Shown here: one piece after another, positions 9,059-17,721 of the stretch
How positions within the stretch are numbered: position 1 is the first letter of the stretch
How the letters are laid out: every line of letters begins with the position of its first letter
Assembly: GCA_031459875.1 (NCBI GenBank)
Contig: JAVKHQ010000019.1
Coordinates: 1-57,735, forward strand
Reading direction: 5' to 3'
DNA from: Candidatus Fervidifonticultor sextus
GTDB lineage: Bacteria > Sysuimicrobiota > Sysuimicrobiia > Sysuimicrobiales > Humicultoraceae
Length of the DNA: 57,735 bases
Notes under the pieces: model-generated
Told to the model about the DNA's origin: nothing
Databases searched by the model: none
Seen by the model: the letters and a program-made list of their open reading frames with translations, nothing else
Translations under genes and position numbers: made by a program

Positions 9059-9988
9059 TCACAGCCCGCTCAGCTCTTTGGCCAGGATGCGGGTGATCCC
9101 CAGCCATTGGCTCAGGCCCACTGTGCGGGGCGCGCGACCGCCCAGCCCGCGAGCCCACACTGTGCGTACGCCCAGCTCCCGCGCGGCCTCTCGGTCCACG
9201 CCTCCGGGAGGACCGCTCAGATCGATCAGCACCGGCTCGGGTCCCAGCTGCGCCAGGACCTCACGCGTGAACAGGAGGGCCGGTGCGGTGTTGAAGATCA
9301 CGCACATGCGGGGGGCCCGGTCGGCCATGCCGTCCAGCGTGACCACCTCGCACCCCATGGTCCAGGCCCGCGCCAGCTGCACGGGGTTGCGGGCGGCCAC
9401 CGTGACGTGAGCCCCAAGCCCCCGGAGCGTGAGGGCCAGCACGGCGCCGATCCGGCCGAATCCCACCACCATGCAGGGGTGACGGTGCAGCGTCACGTCC
9501 GTGTGCTCGATGGCCATCCGGATGGCGCCCTCGGCGATGGCCGGCGCACGCAGGAGCATTAGGTCCTCGTCCGCCTCATACTCCCGCAGCTTCAGGCCCA
9601 GCGCTGTGGCCGCCTCAGCCATCTGGCGGCTGGCGCGGCCCGTGACGAGGATGGCGCCGGGGCGCACGTCCCGCAGGCTCTCGGTGTCCACCACGAGCGG
9701 GCCGGAAGCGTGCGGGGCGAACAGGCTGCCGTCCGGTCCGGGCAGCGGTACCGGGCAGATGACGACATGCGCGCCGCGCACCGCCTCGGCCACAGTGTCG
9801 GTCGCCGTGCCCGCCGGGTCCGGAGTCGGCGGCAGCCCGCACGCGTGCACGCTGGCACCGCAGCGGGCGGCCTGACGGGCAATCTCCACTTCGCGACCGT
9901 CGCCGCCCAGCACCGCCACCACGTACCCGCGCAGGTCCAGTCCGGGGACGGCTCCCGCCACGGCCGGCGCGTCCGTCGCGGCGCTCAC
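9059..9988 (-). CDS. dipicolinate synthase subunit A (DpaA/SpoVFA)-like NAD(P)-dependent dehydrogenase
   Basis: VAVLGGDGRE, AEGAIRMAIEHTDVTLH, GFGRIG, IFNTAP, IDLSGPPGGVD, GLGGRAPRTVG. GTGA overlap at 9985-9988. Confidence 0.8.
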   Translation of the reverse strand: MSAATDAPAVAGAVPGLDLRGYVVAVLGGDGREVEIARQAARCGASVHACGLPPTPDPAGTATDTVAEAVRGAHVVICPVPLPGPDGSLFAPHASGPLVVDTESLRDVRPGAILVTGRASRQMAEAATALGLKLREYEADEDLMLLRAPAIAEGAIRMAIEHTDVTLHRHPCMVVGFGRIGAVLALTLRGLGAHVTVAARNPVQLARAWTMGCEVVTLDGMADRAPRMCVIFNTAPALLFTREVLAQLGPEPVLIDLSGPPGGVDREAARELGVRTVWARGLGGRAPRTVGLSQWLGITRILAKELSGL

Positions 9989-11112
9989 GGTCGGCCGGTT
10001 ACCCCCATGGTCCACAGCTGCCGGGTGTCGTAGCGATCCGTCAGCACCTCGCACCCGTCCGCGGTGAGCACCACCGCGTCCTCCAATTGCATCCCCAGCG
10101 TGGGAAACGTCACGAGCGGCTCGATGGCCAGCACCATGCCCTCCTGCAGCGTGATGTCCGCATAGCGGTTGAGGTAGGGCTCTTCGTGCAGCGTCAAGCC
10201 CAGCCCGTGCCCCAGGAAGTGGAAGGTCGGCAGCCCCCCAGCCTCCATGCGCTCCACGTAGGCCCGGTAGACCGCCCGGCTGCTGGCGCCGGGCTGGAGC
10301 ATCTCCAGAGCGCGTGCCCGGCCCTCCACCAGCTTCTGCCACAGCGCCCGTTGCTCGTCAGTCGGCTCGCCCACCACGGCGGTGCGGGCTACATCGCAGA
10401 CATAGTGCGCCACGGTGCCGATGACGTCGATGCGGACGACCTCCCCCATACGGATCTCCCGCGCCGTCGGCGGGCCGTTGAGCATCGGCGTGCGCTCGCC
10501 GGCGGTAACGCTCAGCATGGTGAGGACATCGCCCCCGGCGGCGCTGAACGCGTCGGCGATCCGCCGCCCCAGGTCGGCCTCCGTCATCCCGGGCCACCAC
10601 GTCTGCAGGACCTCGTACGCCGCCTGCTCGGCGATCCGCGCCGCCCGGCGCAGGCGGTCCACCTCGGCCGGCGTTTTAACCATGCGCAGGGCCGCCAGGT
10701 CGTCGTCGATGGGCACGAGGCGGCCGCCCCCGTCCAGGGCCCGTTCGAGGAGGAGGTAGTCGGCGTGGTTGAGGTAGCCAGCCTCGACCCCCACCCGGCC
10801 CCGCAGGCCCCGGGCACGGATCGCCTCGGCCAGCAGGAGCACCGGCTTCTGGGTGAACTCGTTGTAGGCCGTGATGCGGGACACATCCGCGTGCGCCCGC
10901 GCGTACCCTTCCTCGACGTCCACCACGAACAGCTCGGGCTCGCCCGCGCGCGGAAGGAGGACGATGGCATGCCGGTGCCGGACGATTCGCTGCGACGGGA
11001 TCGACGCGCCCGTGCTCCAGCACACGTGCTCGGGCGCCATGAGGACCATGGCCTCCAGCCCCCGGCGGTCCATCGCCTGGCATAGCCGCTCACGGATCTC
11101 CTCGGGCATCAC
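9985..11112 (-). CDS. M24 Xaa-Pro peptidase/creatinase-fold hydrolase
   Basis: RMVKTPAEV, D..D ligands, GHGLG, HEEP, IEP, LED. Confidence 0.9.
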   Translation of the reverse strand: MMPEEIRERLCQAMDRRGLEAMVLMAPEHVCWSTGASIPSQRIVRHRHAIVLLPRAGEPELFVVDVEEGYARAHADVSRITAYNEFTQKPVLLLAEAIRARGLRGRVGVEAGYLNHADYLLLERALDGGGRLVPIDDDLAALRMVKTPAEVDRLRRAARIAEQAAYEVLQTWWPGMTEADLGRRIADAFSAAGGDVLTMLSVTAGERTPMLNGPPTAREIRMGEVVRIDVIGTVAHYVCDVARTAVVGEPTDEQRALWQKLVEGRARALEMLQPGASSRAVYRAYVERMEAGGLPTFHFLGHGLGLTLHEEPYLNRYADITLQEGMVLAIEPLVTFPTLGMQLEDAVVLTADGCEVLTDRYDTRQLWTMGVTGRP

Positions 11113-11131
11113 TCCACCCTCCGGTCGCCGG

Positions 11132-12565
11132 TCAGTCGTAGATGGTGCTGACGGTGGGGGTCACCCCCGGCCGGATGCCGGCTCGCGCGATGACCCGGCG
11201 GGCGTGCTCCCGGGCCAGGGCGTAGACCTCCTGCTCGTCGACGGTCAGCACCCGCCGGTCGCTCACCACCACCCGGCCGTCGACCAGGACGGTGTGGACG
11301 GAGCTGACGCCGGCGGAGTACACGAGGGTCTGGACCGGGTCACCGTAGGGCACCCAGTCGTAGTGGTCCAAGTCGAACAGCACCAGATCGGCCTTCTTTC
11401 CCGCTTCGATGGAGCCGATCTCGTCGTCCCACAGCAGCGCCCGGGCCCCGCCGATGGTGGCCATGCGCAGCGCCTGGCGGGCCCCCACCAGCGCGGCGTC
11501 CATCCGGGCGTCCTTGAACAGCCCCGCGGCTAGGTACATCTGCCGCAACATGTCCAGGGAGCCCGCCGCCGACGGGCCGTCACATCCCAGGGCCACGGTG
11601 ATCCCGCCCTGAAGCATCTCCGGGTACTTGCCGATGCGTGTGGCCCCCTTCGCCAGCTTGAGGGACGTCCCGGGGCAGAAAGCCACCTTGGTACCGGCCT
11701 CCGCCAGGAACGCGAGCTCTTCGTCGCGCACGGCTACCACGTGGGCCAGCACCAGATTGGACGCCAGGGCTCCCCACTCCCGCAGGAGAGTCACGGGCCA
11801 CTTCCCCGTCCTCCGCTCGCTTCCCCGGGCTTCCTCGATGGACGACGCGATGTGGTAGGTGGTCCCGACGCCCAGCCGGCGGGCCAGGGCCGGGGCCCCG
11901 GCGTGGAGTTCGGGCGAGCAGGGTTCCTTGCCTTCGATGTTCACCCACACGCGGATGCGGCCGCCAGCCGCGTTGTGGTACTGCCGGACGCAGCGTTCTA
12001 GCTCCTCCAGCGCGGAGGCCGCCGACGGGAAGAAGTGGCGCTCGACCATCTCCCGGGTCCAGTGGGGCGGTAGCGTCTCGGGCAGACGGTCGGCAGCGTG
12101 GCGGCCCGTGACCGCCCTGATCCCCACGCGCTCCAGCGCCCGGACCACCGCGCCCAGGTCCGACTGCGCCCCCATGTCCAGACAGCACGTAGTGCCGGTC
12201 TTGAGCATCTCCACGCCCGCCAGCAGGGTGGCCACGTACTCGTCCTCCGGACGCATGGCAGCGTAGACCGGCTTGGCCCAGTTGAAGACCCACGGGCGCG
12301 TCGACAGGGTGTCCGGGAACACCCCGCGGGCCAGCTGCTCGGAAAGGTGCAGGTGGGCGTCGACGAAACCGGGCATGACCAGCCGGCGGCGGCCGGGGAT
12401 GACATCGTCAAAGGCCGTGTCCTGATAGCGGCGGCGGATCTCATCGGCGGGTCCGATGGCCGCGATGCGGGTGTCCTCGATCACGATCGACTGTCCGGTC
12501 AGCACGCGGTCGTCCGGGTCCACCGTCAGGACCACGTCGGCACCGTCAATCAGCACGCGTCCCAT
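11132..12565 (-). CDS. amidohydrolase, chlorohydrolase/SAH-deaminase (SsnA-like) family
   Basis: PGFVDAHLH, EMLKTGTT, LAHVV, LGCDG, ATIGGARAL, GSIEAGKKADLV. Confidence 0.88.
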   Translation of the reverse strand: MGRVLIDGADVVLTVDPDDRVLTGQSIVIEDTRIAAIGPADEIRRRYQDTAFDDVIPGRRRLVMPGFVDAHLHLSEQLARGVFPDTLSTRPWVFNWAKPVYAAMRPEDEYVATLLAGVEMLKTGTTCCLDMGAQSDLGAVVRALERVGIRAVTGRHAADRLPETLPPHWTREMVERHFFPSAASALEELERCVRQYHNAAGGRIRVWVNIEGKEPCSPELHAGAPALARRLGVGTTYHIASSIEEARGSERRTGKWPVTLLREWGALASNLVLAHVVAVRDEELAFLAEAGTKVAFCPGTSLKLAKGATRIGKYPEMLQGGITVALGCDGPSAAGSLDMLRQMYLAAGLFKDARMDAALVGARQALRMATIGGARALLWDDEIGSIEAGKKADLVLFDLDHYDWVPYGDPVQTLVYSAGVSSVHTVLVDGRVVVSDRRVLTVDEQEVYALAREHARRVIARAGIRPGVTPTVSTIYD

Positions 12566-12569
12566 AGCG

Positions 12570-12950
12570 TCAGCGGTCGTGGAGTTCGATGCGGGTCCCG
12601 TCGGGATCGCGCACATAGATAGAGGTCCCGTACCGCGGCGTGGCGACGGGCCCCTCATAGGGTAGGCCAGCCGCCTCCAGCCGCGCGCGCACCGCGGCCA
12701 GATCGGCAACGCGGAACGCGACGTGGTCGACCGCCGGCACCCCGGGGCTGACGGCGGCGGGGAGTAGCGTCAGGCCCACGCCCTCCGTCAACGCCACCAG
12801 CGGGCGGCCGTCCCGCAGCGTGCTCCGCTCGCGCACCGTGAACCCCAGCACTCCCACGAAAAACCGCTCCGCCGCCACCAGGTCCCGCACCTGCAGGAGC
12901 AGGTGACTCAGGCCGGCCGACTGCCCGCGGTCTCGTGGGCTAGCCGTCAC
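12570..12950 (-). CDS. VOC (glyoxalase/bleomycin resistance) family protein
   Basis: LSHLLLQVRDL, DHVAF, YVRDPDGTRIEL. Confidence 0.85.
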   Translation of the reverse strand: MTASPRDRGQSAGLSHLLLQVRDLVAAERFFVGVLGFTVRERSTLRDGRPLVALTEGVGLTLLPAAVSPGVPAVDHVAFRVADLAAVRARLEAAGLPYEGPVATPRYGTSIYVRDPDGTRIELHDR

Positions 12951-13134
12951 GGCGGTCCGACCCTAGCACGCCGGCCCGGGCCCAGTTCTCCCGGGGAATC
13001 TCGTGGATGACCACGTGCAGATGCTCAGGCGAGGCACCGGCGTGGGCGACCATGGCGTCGGTGATGGCCCGTACCAGCGCCCGCTTCTGCTCGATCGACC
13101 GTCCCTCCCACATCTCGACGACCACGACAGGCAC
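12940..13134 (-). CDS. 4-oxalocrotonate tautomerase family protein
   Basis: (M)PVVVVEMWEGRSIEQKRALVRAIT...ENWARAG. AGGAGG lies 6 nt before GTG 13134, which yields the catalytic Pro-1. Confidence 0.88.
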   Translation of the reverse strand: MPVVVVEMWEGRSIEQKRALVRAITDAMVAHAGASPEHLHVVIHEIPRENWARAGVLGSDRRDG

Positions 13135-13181
13135 CGGCATCCTCCTTTCCCGGGGCGCGCCAGTCCGCACGCCGGGTGAGG

Positions 13182-13943
13182 CTACTTCCAGCGGATCAGC
13201 ACCCGGTCAACTAGCTGCACGGCGTACGACGCCAGCAGCGCCACCGCCATGATGGTGGCGATCACAGCGTACAGGTGCGTGATCAGGAAGACGTTCGCGT
13301 AGCGCACGAGGAACTCTCCCAGCCCGACCAGCGCCAGCAGCATTTCCCCCACCACGAGCCCCTTCACGCCGTTCACGACGCCCAGTTGGAGTCCCACCAT
13401 AATGGCTGGCAGCGCCGACGGCAGGTAGACGCGCAGGAACAGCTGCACCTCCCCCGCCCCATAGCTCTGCGCCATCTCCACCAGCCGCCGGTCGGTCCCC
13501 TCGAACCCAGTGCGGGTATTGACGACCACGACGAAGAATGTGAAGAGGAATACCGTCACAATCACGACCACGTCGCTGATGCCGAACACGGTGATCAGCA
13601 CCGGCACGAACGCCACCAGGGGCGCCGACATCATCACGTTGAGGAACGGGTCGAAGACCTGGCCCAGCAGACGGAAGCGGCCGAGCACCGTTCCGCTCAC
13701 GACCCCGCCGGCGGCGGCCGCCCCGAACCCGATGCCGAAGGCGACGAGGCTCTTCAGGGCGGCCCCCAGGAGCGGTCCAGCCTGAAGGAGCTGCCACCAC
13801 ACCCTGGCGACCGCCGAAAATGTCGGCAGGAACAGGGACAGGTCCAGCCGGCCGACGACCTCCACCGCCACCATCAACGCCACCAGGGCCCCCAGCGTCG
13901 GGAGCCCGTCCGCCATACCCTCCCCTCGGGCCACGCGGTTCAC
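13182..13943 (-). CDS. ABC transporter permease (nitrate/sulfonate/taurine class)
   Basis: Multiple TM segments, EMAQSYGA EAA-like loop, LPSALPAI. Confidence 0.88.
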   Translation of the reverse strand: MNRVARGEGMADGLPTLGALVALMVAVEVVGRLDLSLFLPTFSAVARVWWQLLQAGPLLGAALKSLVAFGIGFGAAAAGGVVSGTVLGRFRLLGQVFDPFLNVMMSAPLVAFVPVLITVFGISDVVVIVTVFLFTFFVVVVNTRTGFEGTDRRLVEMAQSYGAGEVQLFLRVYLPSALPAIMVGLQLGVVNGVKGLVVGEMLLALVGLGEFLVRYANVFLITHLYAVIATIMAVALLASYAVQLVDRVLIRWK

Positions 13944-14731
13944 TGCATCTCCTTCAGGATGCCCCACAGGTCTTCCACGAGCCTGCCGAACGCGGCGCTG
14001 GCGCGGGTCGTCTGCGACGAGCGCGGACGCGGCAGGTCGACCTCGATGATCCGAAAGAGCCGGCCGGGCCGCGGGCTCAGCACGAACACCTGGTCGGCGA
14101 GGTAGATGGCCTCATCCATGCTGTGCGTGACCAGAAGCACGGTCTTGCGCTCGTCCGCCCACAGGGTGAGCAGGTCGTCCTGCAGGAGGCGGCGCGTCTG
14201 CTCGTCCACCGACGCGAAGGGTTCGTCCATGAGCAGGATCTGCGGGTTGACGGCGAGCGCCCGCGCCAGCCCCACCCGCTGCTGCATCCCACCCGACAGC
14301 TGGTGCGGGTAGTGGTGCTCGAAGCCCGCCAGCCCCACCTTGGCGATGACGCGCTGTGCGACCGCGTGGCGCACCGGACGGGGAGCGCCTCGAACCTCCA
14401 GCCCGAACGTCACGTTCCGCAGCACGCTCGCCCACGGCAGCAAGGCGAAGTCCTGGAACACCATGGCCCGGTCCGGGCCGGGCCCGGTGACGGGGACGCC
14501 GCCGATCTCCACCCTGCCCGCGTCGGGCCGGAGGAGCCCCGCGACGATCTTCAACAGGGTGGTCTTGCCGCACCCGCTGGGGCCGATGATGGCCACGAAC
14601 TGCCCGGCCTCCACGGACAGCGTGATGTCGTCCAGGGCCCGGACGCGGCCGAACGCCTTGGAGACTCCCCGGATCGCGATCCCCAGAGGGTGCGTCGCAC
14701 TCCGTTGGACGTTGGTGAGTGGGCCGACCAC
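13940..14731 (-). CDS. ABC transporter ATP-binding protein (TauB/SsuB class)
   Basis: [26 protein letters not shown]. Confidence 0.95.
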   Translation of the reverse strand: MVGPLTNVQRSATHPLGIAIRGVSKAFGRVRALDDITLSVEAGQFVAIIGPSGCGKTTLLKIVAGLLRPDAGRVEIGGVPVTGPGPDRAMVFQDFALLPWASVLRNVTFGLEVRGAPRPVRHAVAQRVIAKVGLAGFEHHYPHQLSGGMQQRVGLARALAVNPQILLMDEPFASVDEQTRRLLQDDLLTLWADERKTVLLVTHSMDEAIYLADQVFVLSPRPGRLFRIIEVDLPRPRSSQTTRASAAFGRLVEDLWGILKEMQ

Positions 14732-14746
14732 GGTCTCCCCGCCCGT

Positions 14747-15499
14747 CTACCGGCGCCAGTGCAACAGCCGCGCCTCCACCTGCTGCAGTCCGGACAGGAG
14801 TAGCAGCGCCGCCAGAATGACGCTCAGCACCGCGGCAAACATACGGTCGAACGCGAACACGCTGCGGGCATCCACGATAATCCGCCCGACCCCGAACGGT
14901 GCCAGCAGCAGCTCGGCGATGACCAGCCCGATGAACGCCCGCGACAGGCCGTACCGCATGCCCGCCAGCACCATGGGCAACGCACTGGGAAACACCACCA
15001 TCCGCAAGATCTGCAGCCAGCGCGCGTCGAAGGCCCGCGCCATCTCGTACAGCCGAGCTTGCACGTCACGCACGCCGCCGTAGGCGTTGGTGGCGAGAAA
15101 GGGCATGCTGAAGATGAACACGATCAGCGCTGACGACGTGATCCGCACCCCCATGGTGAGGATGACCAGGGGCACCAACGCCGCCATGGGCATGGTGATG
15201 AGCAGGTCGAGGTACACGCGCGCGATGCGGCCCAGCGGTCGTATAAGCCCCATCAGCAGGCCGAACGGGACGCCGACCAGCACGGCAGCCCCGTAGCCGA
15301 GGAGGAACGCCTGGGCACTGATCCCGAACGCCCTGGGGAGGGCGCCCGACCCCAGGAGCTCGGCGAACGCCCGGGCGGTGGCGGTGGCGGTGGGAAAGGC
15401 GAAGTTGACCGGCACCCGCCCCGCCCACTCCCACACTCCCAGCACGACGAGGACGACCGCACCCCGCAGGCCCCACACCAGCGCCCACGACTCTCCCAC
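14747..15499 (-). CDS. ABC transporter permease
   Basis: TM segments, EMARAFDA loop, PSALPMVLAG. Start codon uncertain. Confidence 0.85.
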   Translation of the reverse strand: MGESWALVWGLRGAVVLVVLGVWEWAGRVPVNFAFPTATATARAFAELLGSGALPRAFGISAQAFLLGYGAAVLVGVPFGLLMGLIRPLGRIARVYLDLLITMPMAALVPLVILTMGVRITSSALIVFIFSMPFLATNAYGGVRDVQARLYEMARAFDARWLQILRMVVFPSALPMVLAGMRYGLSRAFIGLVIAELLLAPFGVGRIIVDARSVFAFDRMFAAVLSVILAALLLLSGLQQVEARLLHWRR

Positions 15500-15519
15500 G
15501 CCGTCGACGCCCCCGCAGC

Positions 15520-16524
15520 CTACCGCCGCCCGAGCTGCTGCAACACCGCCTCCAGCGGCTCGGGGTGGAAGAATGTCCCGGGCTTCCACTTCATGGCCGG
15601 GCCCGCGATGTTCCGCGCCTCCACCTGGAACTGGATGTTGTCGATTGCCCCCCGGCCGCGCAGCCGGTCGATACCGCCATTGGAATCGAAGACGCGGATC
15701 ACCTCGCGAATCTGCGCCTCCAGCTCCGCCGGGGACATCTCCTTGAAGAACTCACCGCGCTCGCGCACCCAGTAGGTGGGGTCGCTGAGACCGCGCCGGT
15801 ACGACTCCAGGATCCGCCGGATCACGAGGCGGGTCAGCTGGGGCTGCTGCTCCACCACGTCCCGCCGCGCGATGAGGTAGAAACTGCTGACCGGCAGCTT
15901 GGTCATGTCCAGGAGGATGTGGAACTGCCCCGGCGCACGACGCATAACGATACCCGCGAAGCTGATGTCCATGGTGGCCGCGCGCACCGACCCGGCCAGC
16001 AGCGCCTCGGCCCGCGCCGCCGAACCCGCTGGCATGTACAGGAAGTCCGGGACCACGGTCGGGTAGTCCCGCGCCAGCAGGAAGTCCAGCAGCACCTTCT
16101 GGGTCGACCGGGCCGAGTGGCTCGCCACCTGCATCCCGTGCAGGGCGCGGATGTCTGTGATCTCGCGGCGCGCGACCAACACGAACTCGGGCAGCGCCAG
16201 TTCCATCAGCGCCACCACCGGTGCCCCTCGTTCCACGGCCGGGAAGAACGCGTGAAACCCGGTGCCGAACGATCCGGCTCCCTGCGCCACCGCCAGGACC
16301 GCCGCCTCGCTTTCGCGGAGCTCGCGCACCTCCACCTCGATCCCGTCCTGCTGGAGCGACCGCAGGCCGATCAGCGACGGCAGGTTGATCGGCCGGTTGA
16401 CGGTGGAGATGAAGGTGAGCTTGCGGGCGGTGGTCGCGGCGACGGCTCCGGCGGTTCCTGCGGCCAGCGCCAGACCCACCGCCAGGGCTACCAGCGCGCG
16501 CCACCCTCTCGTCCCCTTTCTCAT
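15520..16524 (-). CDS. ABC transporter substrate-binding protein (SsuA/NMT1-like)
   Basis: Signal peptide, GSAARAEALLAGSV, purine-rich RBS, and operon context. Confidence 0.82.
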   Translation of the reverse strand: MRKGTRGWRALVALAVGLALAAGTAGAVAATTARKLTFISTVNRPINLPSLIGLRSLQQDGIEVEVRELRESEAAVLAVAQGAGSFGTGFHAFFPAVERGAPVVALMELALPEFVLVARREITDIRALHGMQVASHSARSTQKVLLDFLLARDYPTVVPDFLYMPAGSAARAEALLAGSVRAATMDISFAGIVMRRAPGQFHILLDMTKLPVSSFYLIARRDVVEQQPQLTRLVIRRILESYRRGLSDPTYWVRERGEFFKEMSPAELEAQIREVIRVFDSNGGIDRLRGRGAIDNIQFQVEARNIAGPAMKWKPGTFFHPEPLEAVLQQLGRR

Positions 16525-16544
16525 GGTCGTCTCCCCCTTTCCTG

Positions 16545-17384
16545 TCATGTCGTCACCGCTCGTCCCACCTGGGTACGCCGCCTGCCGGGCACCACCGTTC
16601 GCGCTTCGTGCCCGGAGCCGCCCGCACCGGTCCCGGCGGCGGCCCGCAGGGCCCTGACTGAGGCCATGGTAGATTCCAGGTGCTTCGACATCCGGTCGGC
16701 GGCACGGGCGACGGCGCCGGCGCGAATCGCCTCGAGGATCTGCCTGTGCTGCGCCACGGACCGTCGCGCGCGACCGGGCAGGGCCATCACGGCCCGGCGG
16801 TCCGCGAAGATGTGGTTGATCGACCCGGACAGGTAAATCAGGTACGGGTTGCCGCCGAGCTCAGCGATGAGCCCGTGGAAGGCGATGTCCAGCCGCTCCA
16901 GAGCCGCGACGTCTCGCGCCCGGGCCGCAGCCGCCATCTCCCGGACGTTGCGCTCCAGCGCGTCCAGGGGATCCCGGGTGCGGGAGGGGTCCCGGGCCAC
17001 GGCCCGCGCGGCCAGGGACGCCGACTTGCGCTCCAGGATCTCCCTCACCTCCAGCAGCGCCAGCACGTCCGCACGGTGGGCCTCGAGCCAGGGCAGCCAG
17101 GAGGCGGGATCCATGCCGTCGTCTCTCGACGAGGCCACGAAGATGCCCCGGCCCTGGCGCACCTTGACCAGCCTGAGCGCTGAGAGGACCTGCACCGCTT
17201 CGCGCACGGTCGAGGCGCTCACGCCGAAGCCTTGGGCGAGGTCCCGGAGAGGAGGCAGCTTCGCCCCCGGCCCCAGCTGCCCACGCTGGATCAGCTGGCG
17301 GATCTGCTCGACGACCTGCTGGGCCGTCGTCTGCGGCTGGATAGGATGATAGGAGATTAGCAGATCACCTGCTGGTCGGACCAT
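16545..17384 (-). CDS. FadR/GntR family transcriptional regulator
   Basis: GAKLPPLRDLAQGFGVSASTVREA wHTH and FCD domain (DIAFH, GNP, QHRQI). Confidence 0.93.
   Translation of the reverse strand: MVRPAGDLLISYHPIQPQTTAQQVVEQIRQLIQRGQLGPGAKLPPLRDLAQGFGVSASTVREAVQVLSALRLVKVRQGRGIFVASSRDDGMDPASWLPWLEAHRADVLALLEVREILERKSASLAARAVARDPSRTRDPLDALERNVREMAAAARARDVAALERLDIAFHGLIAELGGNPYLIYLSGSINHIFADRRAVMALPGRARRSVAQHRQILEAIRAGAVARAADRMSKHLESTMASVRALRAAAGTGAGGSGHEARTVVPGRRRTQVGRAVTT
17373..17383. promoter_or_regulatory. putative FadR-subfamily operator TGGTCGGACCA
   Basis: TGGTC-N-GACCA palindrome of the LldR/PdhR/FadR type, lying over the regulator's own start codon. Confidence 0.55.
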
Positions 17385-17504
17385 TGTCCACTTATTTCGC
17401 CTTTACATCTCCGGAACCCTCCTCCACCTGAGACGCCTCACATGCCTCCACAGCCCACCGTGTCACTCCGGCGGGGCACAGCCTAGGGCACCAGCAGGAC
17501 ATCG

Positions 17505-17714
17505 ATGGAGCCCAACCCACGTCGGCCCGTCGTCGCCCAGGATGCCTCGCTGACTCCCGACCAGATAGCGGAGCGCCTCGTGGCTGAGGGGCACGGGTAC
17601 GGGGAGCCCGCGCCTCTACTGGCGACCCGCGTTGCGTGGGTCCGCAAGCACAGGCTGGGCATGGACGTGCCCGGCTACGCCGAGTACATGCGGCGCTACA
17701 ACCAGGCGCCGTAG
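17505..17714 (+). CDS. small hypothetical protein (69 aa)
   Basis: ATG with AGGA upstream, GC3-rich codons in the 3' half, fills the gap between two minus-strand operons. Confidence 0.5.
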   Translation: MEPNPRRPVVAQDASLTPDQIAERLVAEGHGYGEPAPLLATRVAWVRKHRLGMDVPGYAEYMRRYNQAP

Positions 17715-17721
17715 GTGGCCC

